This document shows, in pieces, positions 37,361-49,400 of a stretch of DNA of 64,000 nt. Position numbers and translations under genes: made by a program. Source of the DNA: Sphagnum compactum. Lineage: Eukaryota. The stretch lies in contig OZ234493.1 of the NCBI GenBank assembly GCA_965153455.1, positions 10,158,213 to 10,222,212 of the forward strand, in the 5' to 3' direction. Position 1 is the stretch's first letter; every line of letters starts with the position of its first letter. The notes beneath the pieces were generated by a model that was not told the DNA's origin, ran no database searches, and saw nothing but the letters and a program-made list of their open reading frames with translations.

Positions 37361-39244
37361 ATCAGAATTGTCTATGCCTGTGCAATGAATCAATGTTCTG
37401 CTCTTGGCAAATGCAAGTGAAAAGCACTATAGAAAATCATTATTGCCTCTGAACCTTCATCAACATCTTTGGCACAACAATGCAGGCTACATTAGTTCTA
37501 AAGGTCCTAAGGTCTTTTCACTTGCATTTGTCAAGAGCAGAAGATGTTGACTATTGTGGGTGCACTTCTGAGCAAAAGTTTGGGCATTTACTCATGTCAG
37601 GGATGGCTTGCTGAATGCACTTTTGTATCCAACTTGTTAGAAGTTCAGTTCTGAATCCACTACAAAAGACTAGAGCAGACTCTGTAGTTTCAGGAGCATG
37701 AAAGCATGGCAACTTGCTCCATCCGATACTCCAATAAGTTTTGAAACTGCTAACTCCTCTCTCTCATGGTCAGATATTACATGCCTCTAAAAGGATAGCC
37801 ACCTAACACCTGCACACAGATTTTTAACTGAGGTGAGCAGGTGATGTAAGTGAACCAGAAGGATTGCAGTGGTTCATTGCCAACAATGTAATTTTCAGCC
37901 AAAAATTAAACATGATTTGAGCCAATAAGTAGTCAGGACACTACTCTTCCACAATCTCCAGAAGAAGGTACCAGCTTGATACAAAATCTGTGGACTACTT
38001 GAAAACATGGGTCCAAATGGATTTATACAACACCAATCATCAGGAGATTGTCTTGTTCTTGTAGTACTGCAACTAGTACCAGCTGGAAAACCTAGATGGC
38101 TTACATGCTTGGTCTACAAATATGCATTGAATTGCAAGACATGACAACAAACCATCCAAGAACTTCAATTGATGCAGGGGTGACAAGAGTTCACTCTTTG
38201 CACAAGATTTGGGGGACAAGAGTTGATCTATTGTTTGGAAAGAACTAACGACAATCAATCAATCAATCAATCAACAGATTCTGGTCTACCCTTTTTGCCC
38301 CGAAAATATTATTCACATGAGATAGGCACAAGCTCTTGAGGACATTGGAGAGATAGGTAGCACTCTGATGGAGGCAGACATGCATATACATATATGTCTG
38401 CCTGTATAATACCATGTGCATGGATCAAGAAGTAGAGACATATGGGTATGGACTATAGACCGTGAAATGATTATGGCACCACTGGGATAGAGAATGGGGC
38501 CTGCCAAGCTGATTCTGCCAGGTTAGCCTGCCTTGGTGAGCCTTACGCATGTGCACCTGGCGTAATAGGCCCGACAGAACCCATTCTAATTTCTATGACA
38601 TTATAGGTAGAATGGGGTAAAAGAGAAAAAAGAGGTTACAATGAGGTAGATCACAAAAAGGAGAGGTAGATGGCAGAATTGGTCGCAGCAACTAGTTCTG
38701 CCTCCCAACCGTGCTGGAAGGAGGTTGAATCGGCCAGCCCTGCCTTTTAACATACTAGAGAATGTGTCAATTTATGGCACATTCTGCCAAGTAAACTGTC
38801 ACTGAGTGACTACGGAGGGCAAGCTCAGTGACAGCACAACTGACAGAATGTGCCATAAATGGTCTGTTCTGTTTCATAAGGACCTCAGGAATTTAATGTT
38901 ACATCAGCAGAGCGTGAAGGTAATGGCTGAATCCAGCAGCTGGGCAGCTGCCTGCCGATTCTGCCATCGAGGGACAGGGAAAATTGGCTGAATCAGCCAA
39001 TTGAGACTCGTCATGTTCCAATGATGGTGCTAGAGGAGCATTTAATTAAGGTGGAGGTGCTACTCAAGATGAAAGGATGGAGAAAAGACAAAAATGCGGC
39101 CACTGTGAACCAGCGCCCACCATCAAACCGTGAAGGATGAATGGTCAGTGGTCAGGAAACAGTTTTCCATTGGGTTCCAGTTCACTAGCTAACCATGGTG
39201 GTTAGCTCTGTTGCTTTTTTTTCTACCTACCTACTAACAACCTA

Positions 39245-40515
39245 CAAGCAGGTTGTTAGTAGGTAGGTAGAAAATACAGCCCTTACCTAAGTACAAACCA
39301 TCTACTTACCTAGTAGTTACCTATTTTCTTGCCTATCTATCTATATATGGGACCTATTTCCTACAGAATTGGTTACCAAGGTGAAATTAAATACTAACTT
39401 GTTGAGGTTCGTCCACAACTGAGTAATCTTATATATAAAAGCAAACATGGTGTCTGTCTGTCTGTGTGGACAAAAATTGGGCAGTGCCTGGAAGATTCTT
39501 CCAAGTACTGCCCGTTCCCTGTGGAGCTGGTCTGTAGTAGATGGCAAAATAGGATAGGTGAGGTGATAACCAGGGCACAAAATCAACACCCATGGCACAT
39601 ATAATCCTATATATAAAAGCATAATCCTATATCTTATATATAAAAGCAAACGTGGTGTCTGTCTGTCTATCGAGGTCTTGAAACTCAGATCTCATCTGTT
39701 CGTCTGTCGAGGTCCTGAAACCTAAATCTCGTCTGTCCGTTCGTCTGTCTGTCTTAAACCCTTAAACCACATCCCCAAGAAGAAGAAGAAACAAGACGAG
39801 GTCCTGAAACGAGCGAGGTCCTCAAAACCTTCGAGGACCTGAACCGAGGTGGCCAGAATCCTCGGTAAAAGACCTGAATCGAGATTTTCAGTACCCGGTC
39901 CAGACCTCGAGACGGACCTGAAACGAGGTTCCCAGAAAGAAAATCCATCGTTGGGGACCTGAAACGAGGTCCTCAAAAAGAAAACCCGTCGTTAGGGTCC
40001 TGAAACGAGATCCTCAGAGAGGCCAAAAAAAACAGCGGCCAGGGCAGCCGCTACGGGGGCCGAGCGAGGTGCCACGGGTGGCTGGAGTGGCGTAGTCACG
40101 GGTCACAACACTCGTAACTAATAACAGGCATCCAGTGGAAGGTGCGCTGGTGTGTGCTGCTTCACCTAAGTAAATGCAATTTCTCTTGATTTGAGATTGC
40201 GGATTGGAACTTGGAACCAGTTAATTGGGTTCCTTTTTTCCCCCAAAAAAATCTCAATGATAACTGAATGATACAATATTCTGGCCATATTGAAGCAGCA
40301 CCTAGCACCAGTGCACTAGATGCCCCTTATTACTCTACTCAGTTGTGAATGAACCTCAACAAGTTAATATTTAGTTTCACCTTGGTAACCAATTCTGAAA
40401 GAAATAGGTCTCATATATAGGGAGATAGGTATGAAAATAGGTAACTATTAGGTAAGTAGATGGTTTATACCTTGTTAAGGGCTGTTTTTACTACCTACTT
40501 ACTAACAACCTGCTT
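39245..40515. mobile_element. Foldback element with ~180-230-bp inverted arms, left arm interrupted by a Helitron-like insert
   Basis: 39245-39426 is the reverse complement of ~40335-40515 (e.g. GAATTGGTTACCAAGGTGAAA / TTTCACCTTGGTAACCAATTC). The left arm resumes at 40115-40165 and pairs with 40291-40335. Confidence 0.75.
39427..40114 (+). mobile_element. Non-autonomous Helitron-like element(s)
   Basis: Begins A|TCTTATATATAAAAG. Ends with hairpin GTGGCGTAGTCAC + GGGTCACAACACTCG|T (a CTAG-like variant). Inserted between A and T with no TSD. Confidence 0.65.
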
Positions 40516-40676
40516 TTATACCCTTGAACATGATTGAACATCATGTTCAACTATTGGGAGATAGGTATGAAAATAGGTAACTACTATGGTAAGTAGATGG
40601 TTTATACATTCTTAAGGGCTGTTTTTACTACCTACCTACTAACAACCTGCTTTCGTACCCTTGAACCTGATTGAAC
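40420..40676. repeat. Tandem duplication of a ~120-bp unit (40420-40539 and 40556-40676)
   Basis: GGGAGATAGGTATGAAAATAGGTAACTA...CCCTTGAAC.TGATTGAAC occurs twice. Confidence 0.9.
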
Positions 40677-40680
40677 TAGT

Positions 40681-41120
40681 TGTAGGGGAGGTTCCTGTAT
40701 GAGTGTGGTGGTCTCCTAAGGGAGCAGCACCCAAGGCCCTGAGCCCGAGGGTGTTCCCAAACCTCAGGAGAATGCACAAGTACTGGAACCTCCCTTTACG
40801 GAAACAGCTCTCTTTTAATTTCCTACTCTCTTTTAATTTCCTATCTTCTTTCTCGTTGCCCAGAAAAGAAATATTTCCATGGGAACATGGGAACATATAA
40901 AATTGGGGGAGCTCCCCAGGCATAACACCTTAGGGTTCTTCCGCTGGGGGAGATCCCTCAAAATACACATAGAAATGAAAAAGGGAGTTGTTTATGTTGC
41001 AGTATATAATAAGGAGAACTGTAATTTAAAAATACAAACAGAAGGTTCTAGGGCTCAGATTAGGCCCCAGTAAAACGTTCTAGGGCTCAGGGAACATTCT
41101 AGGCCCCAGTGAACGTTTCA
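40681..41120. mobile_element. Possible solo LTR
   Basis: 440-bp block of distinct composition bounded by TG...CA, with internal repeats GTTCTAGGGCTCAG and TAGGCCCCAGT. No matching 5-bp TSD found. Confidence 0.4.
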
Positions 41121-41389
41121 GGTTGAGACAAAGGAAGCAACGCGGTCACTTCTTATTACCTAGCGGTCCAACTGATTATGGATGAATCATCCATATAGTC
41201 GCCAGTCAAACCTGTACTGCTGATGGATGGATCATCCATAGAGGCACCGTTGTGAAGTTAATAAAGAAAATGAAACTTTCGGGGCCTTGTTTTGCTTTTG
41301 CTGTGTAGTGCGCTTACAACACAACAAAGTGTATTTTCGTTTGTTTGTTTGTTTTGTTGCAAAGGGAAGGTGTGAGTTTTCTTGTCGCA

Positions 41390-42013
41390 ATGGAGGAGGA
41401 CGCGCAAGAAGGAGTAGCGGCTGCGAAGGAGAACGAGCTGAAGAAAGCTTCTTCCTATAGGTACTGGGTTCGCAGTGAAGTGACTGGTGCTGCTCCCGCG
41501 CTTCTGCCAAGGAAGCTTACGGAAAGAGAGATGAGCGGAAACGGGAAACCCTTGCCCTTAGGGTCGTTGTGGAACCAAGCGGGAACGTGGGAGGAGAAGA
41601 GCCTCAACTCCTGGGCCTGGAAACGTGTCAAGGATCTGTTGCAAGGAGTAGAACCCGTAGAATTTGAAGATGGTAATGCGCATGTGGCGGAGGTGTCGAG
41701 TTGTAGCGGTGATGCTACCTTAGTGACGGTAAGGCAGAAGAAGCGGGTAGGGTATTCTTTCGAGATTTCCATGACGGTGAAGATGGAGGTTTTCACAGCC
41801 GAAGGCGTGAAGAAGGATCTGGAAGGGACGATGAAGGTACCAGAAGCTTGTTATGGAGAGCTCGATGATCTTCAACTTGAAGTCTCCATCACGCAGTCGC
41901 AGATTGCCGATTCTGCGCAAAGGAAAAGGATCACTCAGGCGCTTGTGGCATCTTTTTTGCCAGCAATACGATGTAAACTTGAGCAGTTCGAGTCGGAGCT
42001 GAAGGAAAGGTAA
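41390..42013 (+). CDS. Activator of Hsp90 ATPase N-terminal (Aha1_N) domain protein, 207 aa, intronless
   Basis: Motifs SYRYWVR, PRKL, LGSLWNQAGTWEEKSLNSWA, CSGDATLVTVRQKKRVGYSFEI and FESELKER match the plant Aha1_N-only co-chaperone family. ATG at 41390. Confidence 0.9.
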   Translation: MEEDAQEGVAAAKENELKKASSYRYWVRSEVTGAAPALLPRKLTEREMSGNGKPLPLGSLWNQAGTWEEKSLNSWAWKRVKDLLQGVEPVEFEDGNAHVAEVSSCSGDATLVTVRQKKRVGYSFEISMTVKMEVFTAEGVKKDLEGTMKVPEACYGELDDLQLEVSITQSQIADSAQRKRITQALVASFLPAIRCKLEQFESELKER

Positions 42014-43734
42014 TGGGCGTGGGACTCTGCTATTTGAGCACAGAAACTTATGAGTTATTATTAGACGAAGCACTTGACCTCCTCCTCATCTCCTTCCTTA
42101 CAAGATGACTTCACATTCATTTTGCCAGCCCTTGAATTAATTTCCATGCAAAGAATCGGTTTGGCATAATTATCTATTGTTGCTTAATAGGATGTGCATC
42201 TTTGAAGCCACTTCATGGTCCACCTAAGAGCATTTATTCCATGGAATACGGACCGGCAGGGTTCATAGTCATGCTTTGGTTTGCATTTGTATCTCATGTT
42301 TTTCATGTAGGCATCCATTGTTGTTGTCAAGGATATTGAGGCACTCAAATCTCCTTCAGCATTGGCTGTTGCTTTTTCTCGAAGAGAAAAGGTGAGCTAG
42401 CATGAACTGTTGAACTGAACCATTTTGTTTTGACATGGGCTTTGACATTGACAAGTCAAGCTGTGGTAACAGAAGAACATGGAGTACTTCCTCTCTCTTT
42501 TGCACCATATCTCTCTCACAGACTTTGCAGAGAACACCTACATAGTAGCGATGTTGGCTTGTAAGAATCCAGAGTCTATTGTTTTGAAGTTTGATATGTC
42601 ATGTGCTCCTACATGAGCTTGTGATGTGTGTCTTCCTCTTGTTTACTGCTCAGTCCAAAATTTTCAACTGAAGAAAATTGGATTCACCTTTTCTGTGTAG
42701 AAGGAATTACTCCAGACCATATTGGAAGAGTGTAAGTCTTCTACTGAATATTGATGTGTTCCTTATTCTTTCTTAACAATTCAGCTTCTACTGCATGTAC
42801 TGGAAATAGTGCAAGATGTGGATTAATCCTATACCCACAATGCTGTCCACATGCTGCTGGTCAATACTCATGTTAATAAAAATGTTGCTACTGTAACAAA
42901 TAGAGACTCTCTGCCCCTTCTCAAAATACTGTGGCTTGAAGCACTATAGTTTTCATCCCAAGAAGTGATGGGATTCATAGCAGAGTCTCTTCAATTTAAT
43001 GAACCTGAATGAATGCTAACAGGCTGATAAACAATTGGCCACCAGAACTTTTCCAACATTAATGAAGTAAATCCAGCATTGTTTGCACCTTATTTCACAG
43101 CACTCAAAACTACATGAAATTGACCCAACAAATATGAGCTGACATAGTGACTAGTCATGCTTGTATACACATCTCTGATTTATGTATTTAACATCTAAAC
43201 AGTTATCTGCATACATTCTTGCCACATCATGGTGCATCTTGAAACTGTACTGTGATGTGCATTTCATACGGAATGAGAACTCAGTACATTGATGACAGCA
43301 CAAGTAGGGAGAAAAAAATGCTTCGCTGTTGCCAGAAGTGTTCTATGATGAATAGAATCAAAGCTATTTCTGGTGTTACCCTTATTGTTTACTACGGCTG
43401 CAATGACCTCCAATCAAATCAAGCGTTACTGTCATAACATACTGACTCTTATGTGTCAAGGTTTGCTCTTGAATCTGATTTGCCTCTGGCACAAGTGACT
43501 TAATCACAGCCCTTCAATAAGTGATGTACCGAAAGAACCTTGACCCTCAAGTTTAACATCCAGGAACAACCATTAAAGGATTCACTGTCAAAACTCTTCC
43601 TTCATTGCCCAATACATTATGAACCCATGGTAATTGAAACCTTAGGTCAGAAATCAGAGTTTTCAGAGGATAGAAACCTCTTTCGGAACATGAGTGACAA
43701 AGGGAAGTGAAGGGAAAAGGCTGACTGCAGCTGG

Positions 43735-46076
43735 TTAACACTCAGCTCGGATTTTGCCAGTGGATGGAGGCATCCACCGCCCAGAGTTGTAGACATTCTC
43801 ACCAACTTTCCAGCCAGGCACATTTGCCATTATCTTCGCCTCTTCTTCCATGAACTTTTTCTTCTCCCTTACAAACCTGTACACAAGTTCAGTCATACAT
43901 TTTAACCCCGTCTCTCCTTTTAGCTGAACTATGCAAACAAAAGAATGCCCAAGTATTGTTGCTCAGCATTCTACTCCCTGATACTTTGTATCTTTACAAG
44001 CATCAACAAGACCCCCAAAAATTGAGCTGACCCATAAAACAGACCTAGCAATGCAATCAAAAAATTGTCCCAGAAAAGGAAATTTTCAAAACCATACAGA
44101 GAGAGACCAAAAAACAGAAATAACCACCATAGGAATGTGACATAACTCTCATGAATATCAAGAAATCTCCATCCCAAGATTAAATAAACCAGGTCAAGGT
44201 GAAAACTTTCCTTTCAGTCCAAGAAAAACTCACAGAAAAGGACTGAAAAACCAGAAAGAAGAAAAACACAAAAGGGAAGAATGAGAATGAAACTAGCCCA
44301 TGTCTAAGAGCATCTCCAGTGGTGCTCAGTATGTGACCCTGCAAAAACATTTCTCGCATCCAGGTTTTAGTTACTTACTTTTTCCAACCCCACCCATAAA
44401 ACTGAAACTAGGACTACAAATAGATGGGAGACTACTAATAGCAACCCACCTGGACAAATCAAACTATCTAGCCAGTCAGAAACAGGGATCAGTTAATAAA
44501 TATGATTTGACTGTGTTAGACTGTTCCAGGGCTCCTCCAGGGCTCTGAAAGCTGTGCATTTTTTCAGGGTCACAGCAGTCTTCCAGTGAATCCACTCAAT
44601 TTTTGACTGCTGTATCTCATCAAAGATTTCCAGTGCAGGGTCACATACTGAGCACCAGTGGAGATGCTCTAACTTGTTCAGGCTAGCTAGTGGTTACCCT
44701 AAAATCCTACAGCAGGTATAGACCAGTGTAACTACTAGCCTGCATACCAAGTTTCTGTTGCAAGTCTGGAAGCAATGGGAAGACTCAGCCATGATACTAG
44801 CTAGCAACTAACACCACAGAAGGCAAAATATACAGGACACACAGAGGGCAAAAAGAAAAACAAAAAAGGATGCACATTAGCAAGAAAGAACAGGATATAA
44901 AAGATGAAAGGGAGAAGAAAAACAAGGACTCTGAAAAAATGTGTGTGTGCTATTGCCAAGCCTCTGTGACTTCCATTGGCTTCCATCAGCTCCCAACAGC
45001 AGGACTAATCTACTTTGAGACAGACTCTGCACTATGTCAATCCCAAATCAGGAAGCAAAAGAGAAGAAGTAGCCATAATCCTGGACAGCACACTAATGCA
45101 AAACAGGAAAAATGTACCCCGAGCGAATAGAAAAATAAACAAAAAGTACCTTGAAGGAATGAGGAAGAGGAAGAGACAGGAAAAGAACACAAAGCCAAGA
45201 GAAGGATGAGAATCTAGAGAGTAAGTGAACTTCATGATACAGTTGTGCTTCAAAAAATCTCTCCACTACCATGATACTGAAGCATCCCAAAGGCATATGA
45301 CAAATATTCAGTTGAGGATGAATTTGATAAGACCAACTGCTCAAATGCAAGCCTGCTTCGGAATGTTCACATAGTCATAGTAATTGAATAGTGCTCAGAA
45401 CATGTTCCCCAAGCTTTTAGAAAGAACTGTGAGCAGCAAATAAAGCTCCAGAACTTCTATGATTGAACCCTAGTGCAAAATTTCCGGTGCATTTGGCTCA
45501 GGTATGGCAGAGAAAGCTCTTACCTTGCATCTTCTTCAGCCTGGATGAGAGGTAAAATAGCTTGCCGTGCTGCAATTTTCTCTGCCTTCAAGACTCTGAC
45601 AGTGTGATCAATCAAATCGTATCAGTGTGCTATGACGGCATTTTCAGAACAAAAAACAGAAAGGAAAGTCAGTCGAAACCCTTGCGGATCTACAGGAAAA
45701 TCAAACCCTAATGGGCTAGGAAAACAAAACCCTAATGGCCATGGACAAGGTTCTAAGGATCCTAAATAAAAGGGATTGAAGCTGTACTGAGTAGGTATCA
45801 TCGTTTAGAACACGCAAAGGGGAGGGAGTTGGGTACAAGAGACTGGTCGCAAAACACGAACCTCCGGTGAAGGTTGCCCTGACCCACTTGGTACATGCCC
45901 CAGCCGATAACAACCGAGGAAAACAGCACCACAGCCAAGCCACTGGGTCCTGAGTTGGCAATCCTGCGCGCATACCGCACAGGAGGGAAGCCACCAGGAG
46001 GAGGTCCATCCTGGCGCACGGGCAAGTCCTTGACACTGGCCAAGCCCTTCTGGCCCCTCAGCATTGCCTCCGTCAT
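43735..46076 (-). CDS. NDUFA13: NADH:ubiquinone oxidoreductase subunit B16.6 / GRIM-19, 142 aa. Exons 46076-45862, 45595-45524, 43876-43735
   Basis: MTEAMLR...[18 protein letters not shown]...GMYQVGQGN / [16 protein letters not shown] / [23 protein letters not shown] phases are consistent (429 nt). Ends KIRAEC-TAA. Confidence 0.96.
44308..44669. mobile_element. PIF/Harbinger MITE, family B copy 2, inside NDUFA13 intron 2
   Basis: ~36-bp TIR GAGCATCTCCAGTGGTGCTCAGTATGTGACCCTGCA / TGCAGGGTCACATACTGAGCACCAGTGGAGATGCTC. TAA TSD at 44305-44307 and 44670-44672. Confidence 0.92.
45703..45735 (+). promoter_or_regulatory. Two telo-box motifs (AAACCCTAA) in NDUFA13 intron 1
   Basis: AAACCCTAATGG occurs twice, 24 bp apart. 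Telo-boxes are known in 5' regions of plant housekeeping genes. Confidence 0.4.
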
Positions 46077-46456
46077 CTTGTGATTTCTCTTCTACTGTCT
46101 TTTCTTCTTTGCTTTCCGATTCTTTTCCTTCCTTCGAAGAGCGAGTCTTAAACTCCCTTGCTACTTACTTGGATGCCTTCTGTGGGCTACGGATCGTAGA
46201 GATCGCGAGCTGCGTGTGAGAGAGGAGACGCACGCGCATGCACATGAAAGACGAGAAGATGGAACTCGAGGTCCAGAGTCTTGACCCGAACCCTTTGGTG
46301 ACCTCTTTTTGGGATCAAATCAGGTGATGACAGTTTAAGACCTCGATTGGGACATTGAATCAGGTGACGAGGTGAGATGCCGCATAATGGAAGAATTCCA
46401 CCCACTGTTTGTGAGAGACAGAGTTGGGAGCAGGTTATCTATCTATCAGGTTATCT

Positions 46457-46482
46457 ATATATATATATATATATATATATAT
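46457..46482. repeat. (TA)n microsatellite
   Basis: Directly visible. Confidence 0.95.
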
Positions 46483-49400
46483 GAAGGAAGGTTGTTTGTT
46501 TGTCATATTGAGATCTCCCAAATCAGGTTTTCTCTTGCTGGTCTCTTGGTACCATCGGAAAGCCCTCAATGATTAGGGTGCACCAACTTGGTTTCATAAT
46601 GTTTCAACCTGCAGTTGAGAAGTTATTGAATATTGAACATTTTTTTCACGAAAAATTCATTTAAATTAGAAATAAAATTTATGGAAATTTGAGCACACTC
46701 TTGGTATTGTGATAAAGCCCTTGAGGAACAAGATTCAATAAATGGGGATTTGAAAATTTCTACAAGTAAGGTGTGGGGGCGAGTGAATTTTGAGTAGTTT
46801 TTGTCATTGGAAATTCAATTAAATTACAAAAAATGATTTCAAAAGGAAAATATAAGTAGTTGGGTTACCATTTCACATTTGGGCCAATAGCACAAACTAC
46901 ATTAGTAAACAGAGTAAAGCCCATTGCCATAAAATCCGCTGCAAGGTAGAGTTATGCATAGGCTTAATTTCAATAAAACCCACATCTTAGGGGTTTATTG
47001 AGCACAAAGTTTTGCTCTTTTTTTTCTTTTTAATTCCCATGATATTTAATAGGTATTGTGAGAACAAATAAAAATGTGTGTGTGTGTGTGTGTGTATGAA
47101 AACCAATGGGCATTTCAATTTTTTAAATGCCCTCAAAACAAAGAAAAAGAAAAGTATGCAAATATCATTTCTTCAATTACATTAAAAAAATTTGGAGTAA
47201 GTCTTTACCATCTATTGCCACTTTTACTTTTAAATGTTTATTGTTTTCCCCCCTTTGAACAATTCATAAGTAAACAAGTGATCCACATTCAAGATTCCAT
47301 GTTAAAGCATTTGTAGTTTGTACCATCATTTCTTTTTTAACATTGTGACACATGGTATATGACATTCATTAAATTTGCATCTTTTCATGTTTACAACTAG
47401 GTGAAAGTGCATGGCTATTATTATGTGAGTTTTTCCCATGTTTTGTTTGTTTTTAGCCATGTTTTTCATTGCCCTTTGAATCTAATTAACATCCTTTCAA
47501 TTTTTAATCATGAATATTATGTGTTGCACATGCATTTCATCTCTTGGAACCACTAGGTATCTACCTTTTGTGATGTGTTTGTAGCCCGAAAGGTTTGGAA
47601 CTATGAGGGTTAATTTTTTATTACATCCCTTCTAACACATAGGTAGATTATCCAAGCATATTACAACATAACATTTGCAATATTTCTCACTCACATAATC
47701 CCAAACATGAAACCTTGCATTCTTTTTGGATAGGATTATTCACACGCCTAAAGTTGAAATTTTATGTAAGAACTACACCCAAAAAGAGAGTTCATCACAC
47801 ACGCTTAAAGATTCTCTTTTATGGGTATCATTCACCAAAGACCACAAGGTTTTTACAATGGTATTAATAATAATCTTTGCATTATGTTTATTTCCTCAAG
47901 ACTTCCTTTTCACATATGGTACCTTTACAAACCTTGATAACAACTAACAACACCAAATTATTGAATGCAAATTTTGAGTCTAAAATTGTAATCATTATCT
48001 TTTATATGCTTAAAGGAATGAAGTGAATGAATGGTTAATCACATTCATCTACATCTATTCCCCATTTATCATCTTTTTATGTCAAACCAATCATCACATA
48101 TCACTTATATCTTTTCATCATTTTACTAAATTTCACATTATTTGAAAAATTTGGTCAAATCTACATATTTAGCCTCCCATTATTATTAACCCAAAATAGT
48201 TATTTAAATTATTCATAGATCAAATTTTATGTCCATAATCAAGAGATTTTCATTGTAGGGCGATGAAGCTCATTATTTTATTCCCTATTTTTATCCATAT
48301 TATTACCCCAAGTCATAATACTATTATTTGCAATTACAATTCTTAGTAATTATTTTGTTGTTCCATGTCCATGGTATTGAACAAACTTACACATGACATT
48401 GTGCATGACATTCTTGCATCTATTACAATAAACTTTTCCATGATACATATATGAATACAACATTTCCATCTTCCACATTTCAATCCTTTTGGTTGACAAG
48501 TGAATATTGTCTTCTCTAAAAATGGGGTTTGCACTTTAGCAAACATAATCATTATTAATTTCACACACATGAAATTTTTCCCTCACATGACCTTTCCACA
48601 AGGTTTTGCATTTATAGAAAAAACACAAAGGAAAATAATTAACAAGATCAATGCCTAAAAGATAAATTCTTTCTTTTATCAATATAAATCACCAAATGTT
48701 TTTTTCATAAACAAGCTAATGATTTTTTTACAAGATCATGTTGACAAAAATTGGGGTGTGAAAATTTCAAAGGTTACCCTTTTTCAATATTTAATTATCA
48801 CCTACTTTAACCAATGGGTCTTGATGACATTTCAAAAGATGAAAATGCCATCCATTGTAAATTGAGCAATAAGTTTGAGCCAGTTGGTTACATTTCAACA
48901 TCCACCTCTTATGCACTCATCTCTCATCCTCACAACTTCGATTTATTACTAATGGTCAACAATTATTTTGATATGCTTATAGGCTTTTACTATTAAATAT
49001 TTAATACTTAACGTTTTTTCATTAAACTTATGCCCTCAATGTTCTTTCCACTTTCATTCCTTCTAGGTAACATATTTTCTTAAAATAAAGTTTGGCAAGT
49101 TTGCATCAATTGAGAGATACATAAAATTGTTAACTTTTGTAAGTAAAGTTGGGGTTTATGATTTTGATATGTATGATTACTTCAATGAATGTCATTAATT
49201 TTCATACAAATTACACGATTTATTGTTCTTGCTACTTCATTAATCATGTAACCAAATTCTTTCATGCATATATTAGGTGTTGATAACACAATGTTGGTGT
49301 GATGAAGGGAAAATTGTTACATAAATGAAAAACAAAAACATAAATCTTGATTCATCATGAAATGATTTTGTAATGTTGTTTGGAATGATAACAATTTATT

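Noticed and set aside
39670..40020. CRISPR-like or hammerhead-ribozyme array from GAGGTCCTGAAAC repeats
   Set aside because: The repeat is only ~13 bp and irregularly spaced, lacks the CTGANGA core of hammerheads, and lies inside a Helitron-like element.
43553..43741. C-terminal extension of NDUFA13
   Set aside because: Different frame; the true frame ends GAG TGT TAA at 43735.
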